From the NCBI RefSeq assembly GCF_006345805.1, contig NC_043005.1, forward strand, positions 30,752,001-30,816,000: a stretch of DNA of 64,000 bases. The letters run 5' to 3'. The position numbers were made by a program, and so were the translations under genes. This stretch comes from Octopus sinensis. Lineage: Eukaryota. This document shows positions 39,101-50,549 of this stretch, piece by piece; positions within the stretch are counted from its first letter, which is position 1; each line of letters opens with the position of its first letter. The notes below the pieces were generated by a model that was not told where the DNA came from, did not search any database, and was given only the letters and a program-made list of their open reading frames with translations.

Positions 39101-42100
39101 AAACAAAGTAATATTTCCCTATGACCAGACAGATTTTCATGGAAGACTGGAAACAAATGTCTCTGCTTGTATGTTGGTGACACAACTATCGTTTAGTGTC
39201 ACTACAAGAAGACAGTAACACACACACATACTCACACACATGTACATAAGTATGTGAGTCTCCTTGCCTTGACATCATGTGATACTTGTAAATGAGTGTC
39301 ACTAAATATACAAGCAGTGTCATCTGTTTCCAGTCTTGTATGAAACTCTGTCTGGCCATAGGGAAATATTAACCTTTCTTGGAAATGGTGAGGGTTGGTG
39401 ACAAGAAGGGCATCTAGCTAAAGAAAATCTACCTCCACAAATTCCATCTGAACCTTGATGATCACCTAATCAGTAACTTACTGCCATCATCTCCATCTAC
39501 ACCATTTACAAAATTTTTTATATTACTGCCTCAATGTCTTTCTTACTTTTGCTTTCTGGTAGACTTTCTGGCATGTTCCTTATCACACTAAAATAAAAAA
39601 ATTTGTAGGAATGAAAAAACTTTTTTATTGAATATTCTCTCGTTGATATTTGCTACCAAATTACCTGGTCTGATAAATTATCTGTAATAGCATTTATTAA
39701 AACCCCTAACATTATTTTTGTTCATTTTTTTTAAAAACTATTTTACCCATATAATTTCTTTGCTTTAAGTACCTGAGAGTGTTTATTTTTGGAGTTGTTG
39801 CTTTAAATGATTACCATATTCAACATATTCTCAGTTACACTTTCAGCATTTTATTTGTGAAACTCAACTTTCAAAAATATAATCATGTCTCTTCTTCACC
39901 TTGAATTATAATTGTTTTATTGTTTACACAACTACCCTCTACTAGACTAATACAGATTCTTGTTCATCCTCACCATCATCATCATCATATATCCACTGGA
40001 TGTCCTTCCTAATATGCCAACCACTTAATAGAGTATACTGGATGGGTTTTTTTTTTTTGGCACTAGTGAGATTATCAGGGAACTTTCAAGACAAAAAGCC
40101 TCTCAAGTGAGGGAGGTGGCCTTATGTCAGTTAATGACATATCAACCTGTGTCTTCTGTACTCTCTATTTCTCTCTCTCTCTATCTATCTCTATGTTGTT
40201 TGCTTAATGCTGAAACATTATGAATACTCAATATCTGATGTCAGTGGAGAGTAGAATTAACAGTTTTTAACTGATGGTATGTCTATCATCTCAAATGTGA
40301 AATATTTTCCTTTATTCTTTTAATGATTTCCAGTTCAAAGCATTAAAACGACAACAGAGAATGATCAAAAACAGAGAATCAGCCAGTTTATCACGGAAAC
40401 GGAAGAAAGAGGTATGTCATGTTATATCTAACTTTTAAAACTGGTTACACTTTACCTTGCTGTAATGAATTCTAACCTGTCCCCTTCCTACTTATTAACC
40501 ATGGCATCTCCTTTGGCACTGTTGCCTTATCCGGTTCTTCTCACAAGACACAAAATCCTTTGAAACTATCCTATGTGATACCACCCCTGGTTCTAAGATG
40601 TAAACTTTGTTTAAACTCATCATCATCATCATTTAACGTCTGTTGTCCATGCTGGCATAGGTTGGGCAGTTTGACCGGGGCTGGAAGGCTACACTGGACT
40701 GATTTGGCATGGTTTTCTACAGCCGGATGCCCTTCCTAAAACCAACCACTCCAAGAGTAATGAGTACTTTTACATGCCACCGGTATGGGTGCCATTTGCA
40801 TGACACCAGTATCTGCCATGATAGTGATTTTGCTCGGCTTGATGGGTCTTCTTCTCAAGCATGACATAATGCCAAAGGTCTCAGTCATTGCCTCCATGAA
40901 GCCCAAAACTGGAAAGGAACTTCAGCCTCCATGCGGTCCAATAATCAAAAAGTGCCCTTTGCACTTGCACAGGTGCAAGTTACGTGACACCAGCATCGGC
41001 CATGGCTACAATTTCACTTGATTTGACGGGTCTTCTCAAGCACGGCATATCACCTCAAGTCTTAGACACCAGTCATTGCCTCTGTGAGGCTCAAAGTTCG
41101 AAGATTATGCTTCACCACTTCATCCCCTGTCTTCTTGGATCTATCTCTACCACAGGTTCCTTCCACAGTTAGAGATCAACTCAACTTTACATAGCAGTCC
41201 TCATCCATATGCATCACATGATCATACCAGCACAGTCGTCTTCCTTGCACACCACATCTGATGCCTCTTATGCCTAACTTTTCTCTCAATATGTTTACAC
41301 TCTATCATACATACATTCTGACATTGCACATCCAGCAAAATATACTGGCTTCATTTCTCTCAAGCCTACACATGTCCTCGGCCATCACAGCCCATGTTTC
41401 TCTGCCATGTAGCATAGTTGTTCACACACAGGCATCATATAATCTGCCTTTCACTCTGAGAGAGAGGCCCTTTGTTGCCAGCAGAAGTAGGAGCTCTCTA
41501 AACTTTGCCCAACCTAATCTTAATCTCACAGCTATGCTCTTGGAGCATCCACCTCTGCCACTAACTTGGTCACCTAGACAACGGAAGCTATCTGCTACTT
41601 CCAACTTGCCTCTCTGGCAGTTGATGGAGTCTATTTTCTGTACATTTTCAGTGTTTATTGTTCCTGTGCATTTTCCACATACAAAAGCTGGTTTCCCTGT
41701 TAACCTTCCTCTGATATTGCTGCACCTTTTATGTGTCCAAAGCTTACATCAGGTGCATCTTGTGGAGTTTCTACCTTCGCCTTTTCTACAGATTGAGCAG
41801 GACCATCTACCTGAAGGGATTTGTTGTCTGCCTTCCTATTTACTAAGATTTTAGTTTTTGCTAGGTTAACTGTAAGCTCCTTTCTATTCTAGACCTTGTT
41901 TCCATACCTGCAACTTCTCCTCTAGTTCTGGTCAACAGAGGAACTCCTAGGAGCAACCTGTCTCAAATTCCTCTGTTATTGCCTGGAGGACTAAAACCCT
42001 TCATCAAAATTTCATGTTAATGTTCCAAATCCGAACACCAGCTCAAGAATGACAAAGCTTTTCATTATTTTCAAAATTGATTGAAATGAAGAAATTAGTT

Positions 42101-45100
42101 AATTACCAGTTAAAATGACTCAATGAAAGAATACTAATTATGCTTGAACTACATGTATCAAGGTTCACATCCATAATTTGTGCACCGATAAACCAAGTAA
42201 ATTGATTTTGTGCCACACAGTAAGAAAAAACCTCGAAGTTATACACAGTCAAAATCACACACATTCAAAATTTTCCATGTTATACACACTGTCAAAAGTC
42301 TCAGTGTTACATATACAGTCATGTAACTGTGTGATAAGAAGTTTGTTTCCCAACCACATGGTTCTGGGTTCAGTCCCACTGCATAGCACCTTGGGCATCT
42401 TCTACTATGGTCCAAGGCCAACAAAAGATGGAAACTGAAAGAAGCCTGTTATATGTATCTATGTGTATATGTCTGTTTTGTTTTCCACCACTGCTTTCCA
42501 AACAGTGTTGGTTTGTTTACATCTTCATAACTTAGCAGTTTGCCGAAAAGAGACTGATAGGATAAGCACCTGGCTGGAAAATAAAATAAGTACAGAGTCA
42601 ATTTGTTCACCCAATCGCTTTAAGGCAGTGTTGCAGTCACCAGACTGCAACAAGTTAAAGACGAACTAGCAAACACTCCAGTGTTAGACAAACAATCAAA
42701 AGTTTCAGTGTTATCCACACAACCAAAAGTTTTAATGTTATACACACACTCAACAAGTTTATAGTTTCCCAGGATATTTCAAATAAAAGGTTTATAATTA
42801 TTATTTTCAAGATTACAGTGTTTTTAAGCTTCCATGGCTGGTTTTCACTACTCAGTGATGCTGTGTGATTTTAAACATAAGTTTACCTCAATATTTTGTT
42901 GAATGCTTATTTTTATTTCTTTTTCTCTTTTTGTCACTTTTCTACAACTCATGTTTTTCAATATTCCTTCTGTCATACTTTGTTATGAGATGTATTGGTA
43001 ATATTCACATTTATAGTCCTAAATTTTATTGTAACCATCTTAATCTATTTTGGGTTGGGGTTTTTTTTCCACAGTATCTCCAAAACTTGGAAACAACTTT
43101 AAATGAATTCACCAAACAGAATGATGAACTTCAAAAAGAAAACCAAAAACTGAAAAATAAAATTTTCCTACTTGAATCTGAGGTATTGTTGATGGAAAAG
43201 TTTAAATTTCCAAAAATTACACATTTTAAAATACTTGATCAACGTTCATTAGTACAAAGTTTGATGTCCATAACTGTATTGTCTCAAAAATTTATGTTTA
43301 TATCTAAAAATTGTGCTGCTTTTGTTTTCAAATTGAGCTTAAAATCTTTTTAATGGATCAGAATTCCTTTCTAAGATGTAACCTTTTGTTTGTTTGGGTT
43401 GTTTTTCTGGCTGCATTTCTTTTCTTAATGCTGTCAGTATTAAAATAATAATATTCTACTTTTCTAATTTTATTTTCATAATTATCTCTTTACATTGTTA
43501 AGTTGTAGCTAACCCTACAGTTAATTCAGCTTACCTCTCACTTTGTCATCTTTCTTTGACCGTGTTCACTTCACAACCACATAGTGGCAGGTGTCTTCTC
43601 TATGGCCCCAGTTTGACCAACATTATAGCCATCCTATAGATATTTATTTGTATATCAACAAAAGATATAAATATTAGCAAGAAAATCAAGAAAGGGGATC
43701 CTTTCAAATAAAAATACCCCTTGTAGTAGTTGTTCTGCACTGAGTTACAGACACTCTGAAATACAGTGATTCAGTGATTAGTCTATTGGAAACCTGTTAT
43801 TTTTCATAAATCCTTTCATAAAATAGAATATTGTCCATGCTAGTTAGTCTTAGCTAGAAGACAACCATAAAAAAAGAAATCTCCAAAACAATGTCTTCTT
43901 TTTTACTTCTTTCTGCTTTAAAAAAATTAGTTAATCTTGTCTTTAATGTCTACATAAAATTATTAAAAATAAACAATTTACCCATCTCTAAATAATTTTG
44001 TTACACTTGTGTTCTACAGAATGCCAAACTGAAGAAATGTGTTCCCGTGTTAAGTAGCAAAAAGACATTCCTTTTGACTATAGTTCTCATGTTAACAATG
44101 AGATTGGGACCACTCAGGTAAGAACGTTATCTCACTTTATGAATGGAGTCTTTCATAAACGAAATTACTTCTATATTTCTAGATTATTAGGTAAAAAAAA
44201 AAGTTGTATATTAGCTCCTGGTGTTATATTGCTATTTTCTTGCTAGACTGAATTGTATTTTAATATGTAAACGTCTTGATGGAAAGACATCATTTTCAGA
44301 CTTCGTTTTTCTTCAAAGCTTTACCACAACAAATGTATTTTGCTAAATGTTTCAGACACTGCATTTGCAATTTCTTATGATGAGCAGATGAAGCTCTGTT
44401 TCAACATACAAGTTTTAATTGAAAACTCATAGAGAACAGAGTTTAATTACCTGGGATGGGGCACAACTGATTCAAAACGACAAAAGTATTTGGTAACATA
44501 ACAGTTCTCATCCCAGTTTAGTCTATGACCAATCTGATTTTTACTTTACAATTCATTTTCAGTCTGCTGTGTGGCACCTTGGGCAAGTAATTTCTATTAT
44601 AGCCCCAGGCTAACCAAAGCCTTGTGAGTAAGTTTTATAGACAGAAACTGAAAGAATCCCATTGTGTATGTGCCTGTATGTTTGTGTCTCCTTGCCTTCA
44701 CATCATATGATAGTTACAAATAAGCATCACTGTCATACAATCAGTGTCCCTCACTTCTAATCTTCCAGTAAAATATATCTACCCTTCAAGAAGTATTACT
44801 TTGCTTGGGAACAGGCAAGGGTTAATGACAGGAAGGTCACTCAGTTGTAGACAATCTGCATCAATAAATTCCATCTGACTAAAAAACAATGAGGACAATG
44901 AACGATAGATTTCTTTACACTGCTAGAATGAGCTAACTGACTTTCCTACATTTAGATTTTTGGATATTGTTAAGGTATTGGGTTTGTTGCTTGATATCCT
45001 TCCCACCACTATAAGAGTGGAACCCATTTGTCCGCTAAGTAGAGTTATGTATGTTTACTAAAGCACAAAAAAAGCTGTAGTTATAAGGTCTAAAACCATG

Positions 45101-48100
45101 AGCATGTAACCAGTTGTCCCACATCTTCATATCACAAATTTCTGTACTTTATTTTACCACCTTCAATTATACTTATTGAATTTAATTTTTTCTAACATTA
45201 AATTCATTTTCTTCTTCACATATACTTTCCTACTGCAGTTACTTTTCTCTCAAAGACTCAAATACTGTAGAAAATTTAAAAAATGAATTCAGCATGCCAC
45301 TTGGTCGGCATCTATTGTCATTTGGTGATAAATATGGTGGCAAGTTACTACAAGAAGCTTTGTCTTCAAAGTGGAGAGATAGAATGAGCAAAGTAGCACC
45401 CAGTAATGATGTTCTCTTTGAACACCCACCATTCCTTGCAAATAATACAGACTCTAAAAGACAGAAATGTTCAAGTGAGTTCAACAAAACAGAATCAATA
45501 AGGTAAGTCTTTCAGCATTTTCTCATACATCAGGATAATGCTTCAAATTAAACGTGTGTGTGTGTGTGTGTAGTACTTGAACATTTGAACAACAGTAGAT
45601 TAAATAAGGTGCCTCAGTAGCACGGTAGGTGGAACATGTCTCATCAATCAAGGACATTTATATTCATTGGCATTTAAATATGCATATTTGCAAGTAATTG
45701 AAGAAAATGAATGCTCCATGTATTATCTCCCCTGTTACAGTCAAGCTCTATTTTTATGATTATCTAATTATAACAATATTGCTTACAAGTAGTTACGAAA
45801 TTATAATATATCATTAATTACACAGTTATAATTATTTTTAAAAAAGTAAAACCTATTGACTTTCCCTTTAGCATTCAGATTACCGTTGTTAAAGCTAAGG
45901 CTTATTTATTCACATTTTAAAAAATTAATCCTGTGTTATCTTGTAGCATCAATATTTCAAAGATGTAATTTTTTATTTTAAAATGATATTGTAAGGAAGT
46001 GTAAAAGGCCAATTCTGGTCATTTTGAACATAAAACAGGTATAATATTTGGGCTGGATCTAACTGGTTTAAGTGTTAAAGGATGAAATAATTTGTTTTGT
46101 TTTTCATTCATAATTTGTTTTGTCATAAAGGTGTCAATGTATTTTGCTTTTTATCTTCAATATGTGTGTGTGTGTGTATATACACACACCACTTATGTCA
46201 CTAAGGATGGCAGTGAATGTCTTTTGTTTAGCTATAAACAGTGACATTCTAAAGTCAGGACAGGTTGTAAACACACACACACACACACACAACAGGCTGC
46301 ATACAATTTCTCTTGACTATTTGCTCTAACAAGGAATTGCCAGCTCTGGGGTACAGTAAAAAAAAACATTCCTCAAGCTGTTGCATTGTGGAACTGAATC
46401 CAAAACCACTTAGTTGAAATGCAAGCTTCAATACACACAGTCGTGCCTGTGCCTACATTTACATATCAACATGTTACACATATGTGTGTGTGTGTGTGTG
46501 CTAATATGAGTATGAATACAAACAAATGTATTGAAAAGATATTTCTATCACTTTCAGAATTGCTCGAGATCTCTCAGACTGGATGCTGTTACTTGAACAG
46601 CAAAAGAAAAAAAATACTTTAAAGAAACCTGCTTTCAAAAAGAACAGCCATAACCATGAAACAGTATTTCAGTTCAAGAAATTCACAAACAATGGTCACT
46701 TTGATGCCTGGCAAAAGCTCAGGTAAGTACTCCATTATCAACAAAGAACACACACAGTTCATAAAGTGACTTGAATGATTATTGTATCCTTGGTTATGTC
46801 TATAACATTTGACAACTCCTGTCCTTGCTGTACGGAGCTGATTAAATTCTGTTTCCTTATCTATATTATCTTATTACTCAGTTTCTGTGATCTGTTAATT
46901 GATATCATGCTAAGAGGATGAGACTAAAATTAACTACCCTTTAAATACCTTGTAAAAGGCATTTAATGCAATTTACCTCAGTTGTCCAGCTGATAACAGG
47001 TTCCACTCCTATTTTATATTTGAGTAATTAACAGCTGCAAGTGCCTCTCATCATCATCATCATTTAACGCCCATTTTCTATGCTGGCATGGGTTGGACGA
47101 TTTGACTGAGGTCTGGAAAGCCAGCAGCTGCACCAGGTCCAATCTGATCTGGCATGTTTCTACAGCTGGATGCCCTTCCTAATACTAACCACTCCTAGAG
47201 TGTAATGGGTGCTTTTTACAAGCCACCAGCACAGGAGCCAGTCAGGCTGGCCTGGCATCGGTCATGTTCAATTAGTCATTTTTACGTACCACCAGCAAAG
47301 GAGCCAGTCAAGTGGACGGTCCTGGCATCGATCAGGCAGTCTTGGCATCGATCAGGCGGTCCTGGCATCAATCAGGTGGTCCTGGCATCGATCAAGCAGT
47401 CCTGGCATCGATCAAGCAGTCCTGGCATCGATCAAGCAGTCCTGGCATCGATCAGGCGGTCCTGGCATCGATCAGGCGGTCCTGGCATCAATTAAGCAGT
47501 CCTGATTTTATCAATAATGTGCTCATGTCTAAATTACCTGGTAGAAAATGGACATAAAACAAAAGAGAATAAACCTGTTACTTCAACAGTTGTTCATTCT
47601 GATTGCTGTAATAAATCATGTTCTTTATATAAATCAACAATCTTTTTATAAAAATCTCTAATTTTCTCCCTTCATCTCTTGATAATCATTGTTTCTTATA
47701 TTAGAGCTGACTACCAAAAATATGAACTGCTTCCTTTTGAAAATGGTCCCAGAAATAAGAAAGATTACCTTAAAAATATTCCTCGAAGAAATGATACTTT
47801 CTATGTATTATCTTTAAGCATGGTAAGTTACTATGATTAGAGAACTTTTGTTTTTTATTGAGTGTTTACAAATGCCATGGCATTAAAGATGTCTTGTATT
47901 ATCTCTGTAGGATCACTTTCTACTGCCTGCAACTGCGCACAATAAAACTATGCGACCTCGAATGTCCATGATGATGCCTGCATTAGCCCTCAATGGTGAG
48001 AATTTCAGTTGTTATTTATAGATGTTTAATTTTCTTTATTGCAATATTGTACTTGTAGATACTGTCTCCAATAATTAATATGGTATAAATATAGGAAGTT

Positions 48101-50066
48101 GGCATTAGGAAGGGCATCCAGCTGTAGAAATCTTACCAAATCAAACTAGTACCTGGATTGGCTCTGACGAAGGTAGCATTAATTTTCTTAGGTCTTTCAA
48201 TTTACCTCAATTGGTCAATAGACCCAAATGAGTAAACCTATCAGTAATGTCCCTATAACAACAACTGGAAACAGGTGTAAGCCAAATTTGCTTCAATAAT
48301 GAAATTATATGTAATGACCGTAATTTTTAACTTGTTTCTTATATATCACTCTGAGTAAAAACCAGTTTATCTGGAGCCCATCTACGGATTTACAATACAG
48401 AATGGTGATGACCCATAACTTGGAACCCTACCAAAAGACTACTTGGAGTTCTTCACTAATCTAAACAATATTGTTAGTCTGATGTGCCAACAGAGAGCTT
48501 ATGAAGAATTTTGCCCCAATTGATAATCCCTCACTATTTGTACTATATATATATATATAATAATGCGGCGAGCTGACAGAAACATTAGCATGTCAGGCGA
48601 AATGCGTAGCCATATTTCATCTGCCATTACGTTCTGGGTTCAAATTCCACCAAGGTCGACTTTGCCTTTCATCCTTTTGGGGTCGATAAATTTAGTGCCA
48701 GTTACGCACTGGGGTCAATGTAGTTGACTTAATCTGTTTGTCCGTCCGCATTTGTCCACTGTGTTTAGCCCCTTGTGGATATATATATATATATGCACAC
48801 ACACACTCACACAGGTGAGAACATAAGTGCAAAACAAGGTGGATAAAAATAGTACTCGAATACCAAAGGTAGAGTAATATGCTTTTATTAAAACTGCAAA
48901 TTTATCACAAAACTGTTACTCAGAGTTTCATGTTCCCATTCATCGGACAGTTGATCGCAACTTTCCAACAAACAGGAACATGAAACTGTGAGTAACAGTT
49001 TAGTGATAATTTCACAGCTTTGATAAAAGTATGCACACACACACACATATATATACTAGAGTAAGCACATAAATGTGAAACAAGGAGGAAAAAATAGTAC
49101 TTGAATACCAGAGGTAGAGTAATATACTTTATTAAAAAGCAGCAAAAATATCACAAAACCTGTTACTTAGAGCTTCTTTGTGATATTTTTGCTGCTTTTT
49201 TAATAAAGTATATATATATGTATGTAGGTAGGTAGGTAGATAGATAATCCATATTCATTTAAGAGAAGAAATTGGATGAATATGGATTATATGCTTAATA
49301 TATATCTATTGATTTAGGGAAATTTATTACCCAAAGATATAAGGTAGTGAACTAGTGTATTCTTGGATGTAATCATCCCTTTAAGAGGTTAATATATCTT
49401 CTCTAATTAATATATATATAAAGATATGTTATGGTGAAAGTGTGGATAATTTTTGACTTCCCCTCATATATATCATCATTAATTCCATTTAACATCCAGC
49501 TTCAGTGCTGGCATGAGTTGGACACTGGTGTGACATATATCAAAAGATGTTGACTACTAAATGACAAAGGCAGTATTAAAAATATAGAAAAACAAAATTG
49601 TAAGTCTAAAAAATCTTAAAATTGTATATAGGCTGAAGAGGCTCCTGTATCACTTTGTATATTTATGGGTTTGTGCATGTTTATATATTTGCGGATGTGT
49701 GTATGTTACAGCATATAAATTAACAGGAGGAAAAGGAGCTGGGAAAAATGGAGGGCTAAAGCCAGTGAAAGAATCAAAATGGGAGATGGGTTAAGTACGC
49801 ATGTGCATCTACACACCCACTCTCCCCCGCCATTAGGTTTAACACACAATCTCTCTCTCTCTCTCATATATGTATATATAAAATGAAGTATAAGGAAAGG
49901 AAAAATATTCTAAGTGTAGCTGAACTTTAATTCAATTCTTTCCTTATAATTCATTTACTGTTTTTGTAAATACTGAACATCTATTTTTATATATATTCTT
50001 TACTTGGACTGTATTGGCAGACTTGGAGGTTTGACATCCCTTTGAAGGATTTTGGTTCTCACCTCT

Positions 50067-50136
<70 letters not shown>

Positions 50137-50199
50137 CACACACACACACACATATATATACACACACACACACATATATATACACACACACACATATAT

Positions 50200-50276
<77 letters not shown>

Positions 50277-50549
50277 TTGTCATTGTCATCACAATTCTTG
50301 TTTCTAAATTTGTAGGGATTCTGTCTCTGATTTCGATTTGAAGCCTTTTTTTCTATTTTTCTCAATTTTCTAGATTCTGTGCACCGTCCTGACGGAAGTA
50401 TTGGGCTGATTCAAATTGACTGTGAAGTTGTTAGCACCCAACTTATACATGTTCATGATAAGTATGAGACAAGAAACCAATTACAACCAAATGGCTCTCA
50501 TTCTGTTCACACAAACAGCAAACCAACAAAGCACAAGAGAAAAGTATAA
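24058..50549 (+). CDS. ATF6: ATF6 (ER-stress membrane-bound bZIP factor), 14 coding exons, 651 aa
   Basis: Join of 24058-24127, 29306-29373, 32313-32406, 33341-33480, 36551-36863, 38716-38894, 40334-40411, 43075-43182, 44020-44117, 45239-45502, 46558-46722, 47705-47822, 47911-47995, 50374-50549. Phases are consistent and the frame has no stops. Diagnostic motifs: [69 protein letters not shown]. Confidence 0.95.
25150..25450 (+). mobile_element. tRNA-derived SINE
   Basis: A box (tgccttagtgg) and B box (gttcgaatcc), followed by ttcttgagcaaggcacttta (conserved central-domain-like). No CCA or acceptor-stem completion. Confidence 0.75.
28480..28695 (-). mobile_element. Helitron RepHel (PIF1-type helicase) C-terminal fragment
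   Basis: [25 protein letters not shown]...[11 protein letters not shown]. Confidence 0.85.
29306..29373 (+). CDS. ATF6: ATF6 exon 2 ([23 protein letters not shown])
   Basis: ttttcag acceptor, GAG/GTGAGT donor, phases fit. Confidence 0.75.
30960..32040 (+). mobile_element. 5'-truncated RTE LINE: ORF2 C-terminus and 3' UTR with tandem array and (TGA)n
   Basis: [10 protein letters not shown]...MLRWMCNVS...RWYGHVMRM...GRGRPRKTW...*. Confidence 0.92.
31427..31880 (+). repeat. ~61-62-bp minisatellite, 7 monomers alternating A/B
   Basis: Diagnostic positions alternate: gtttgccagc(c/t)ctgtctgg...gtggca versus gttgccagcct(c/t)gcctgg...gtgaca. Confidence 0.85.
32313..32406 (+). CDS. ATF6: ATF6 exon 3 (ISINSSPIQ...DSSDSGVH)
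   Basis: ttttggcag acceptor, GTAAGT donor, phases fit. Confidence 0.8.
33341..33480 (+). CDS. ATF6: ATF6 exon 4 ([11 protein letters not shown]...IKQEPLSP...DSGIESYKP)
   Basis: KxEPLSP motifs typical of the ATF6 N-terminus, with canonical splice sites. Confidence 0.9.
34865..35058. mobile_element. piggyBac-like MITE (related copies at 1-127, ~29500-29700, ~42000)
   Basis: TTAA-CTCTTT ... AAAAGGG-TTAA termini. Confidence 0.55.
36551..36863 (+). CDS. ATF6: ATF6 exon 5
   Basis: Strong acceptor, open frame INDQF...VKIKPR...TTSKT, GTAAGT donor. Confidence 0.85.
38133..38520 (+). mobile_element. tRNA-headed SINE-like element with a hammerhead-bearing tail, preceded by an inverted partial tail
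   Basis: A box TGGCATAGTGG at 38272 and B box GTTCAATTCC at 38317. The tail is homologous to 9143-9276. An inverted tail lies at 38133-38263. Confidence 0.7.
38716..38894 (+). CDS. ATF6: ATF6 exon 6
   Basis: Phase-1 open frame NGECWPTS...[14 protein letters not shown] donor. Confidence 0.8.
40334..40411 (+). CDS. ATF6: ATF6 exon 7, bZIP basic region
   Basis: [26 protein letters not shown]. Confidence 0.97.
40980..41990 (-). mobile_element. RTE LINE RT and C-terminal remnant
   Basis: [11 protein letters not shown]...[12 protein letters not shown]...[10 protein letters not shown], in several broken frames. Confidence 0.85.
43075..43182 (+). CDS. ATF6: ATF6 exon 8, leucine zipper
   Basis: [36 protein letters not shown]. 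Confidence 0.95.
44020..44117 (+). CDS. ATF6: ATF6 exon 9, zipper end and transmembrane segment
   Basis: [32 protein letters not shown]. Confidence 0.9.
45239..45502 (+). CDS. ATF6: ATF6 exon 10, S1P site
   Basis: ...[10 protein letters not shown]...[12 protein letters not shown]. Confidence 0.92.
46558..46722 (+). CDS. ATF6: ATF6 exon 11
   Basis: [11 protein letters not shown]...DAWQKL, phases fit. Confidence 0.88.
47321..47504. repeat. 20-bp minisatellite x9 (cctggcatcgatca(g/a)gc(a/g)gt)
   Basis: Directly visible, adjacent to an RTE 3' UTR-type repeat. Confidence 0.9.
47705..47822 (+). CDS. ATF6: ATF6 exon 12
   Basis: ...[17 protein letters not shown]. Confidence 0.92.
47911..47995 (+). 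CDS. ATF6: ATF6 exon 13
   Basis: [28 protein letters not shown]. Confidence 0.95.
48913..48950 (-). ncRNA. Minimal type I hammerhead-like motif, second family
   Basis: CTGT-CCGATGA-ATG(GGAA)CAT-GAA-ACTC(T)GAGT-A-ACAG. All three helices pair; core U4 is C. Confidence 0.5.
50067..50277. repeat. (AT)/(GT)/(AC) compound microsatellite
   Basis: Directly visible. Confidence 0.9.
50374..50549 (+). CDS. ATF6: ATF6 exon 14 (terminal)
   Basis: [27 protein letters not shown]...KHKRKV*. Confidence 0.93.

Noticed and set aside
49944-50365. Several Cys/Val/Tyr/His/Thr-rich ORFs (also 58269-58668 and 59036-59459)
   Set aside because: They are dinucleotide microsatellite artefacts.
50526-50549. C-terminal KHKRKV of ATF6 as a dilysine ER-retrieval signal
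   Set aside because: ATF6 is a type II membrane protein with a lumenal C-terminus, so COPI cannot access it.
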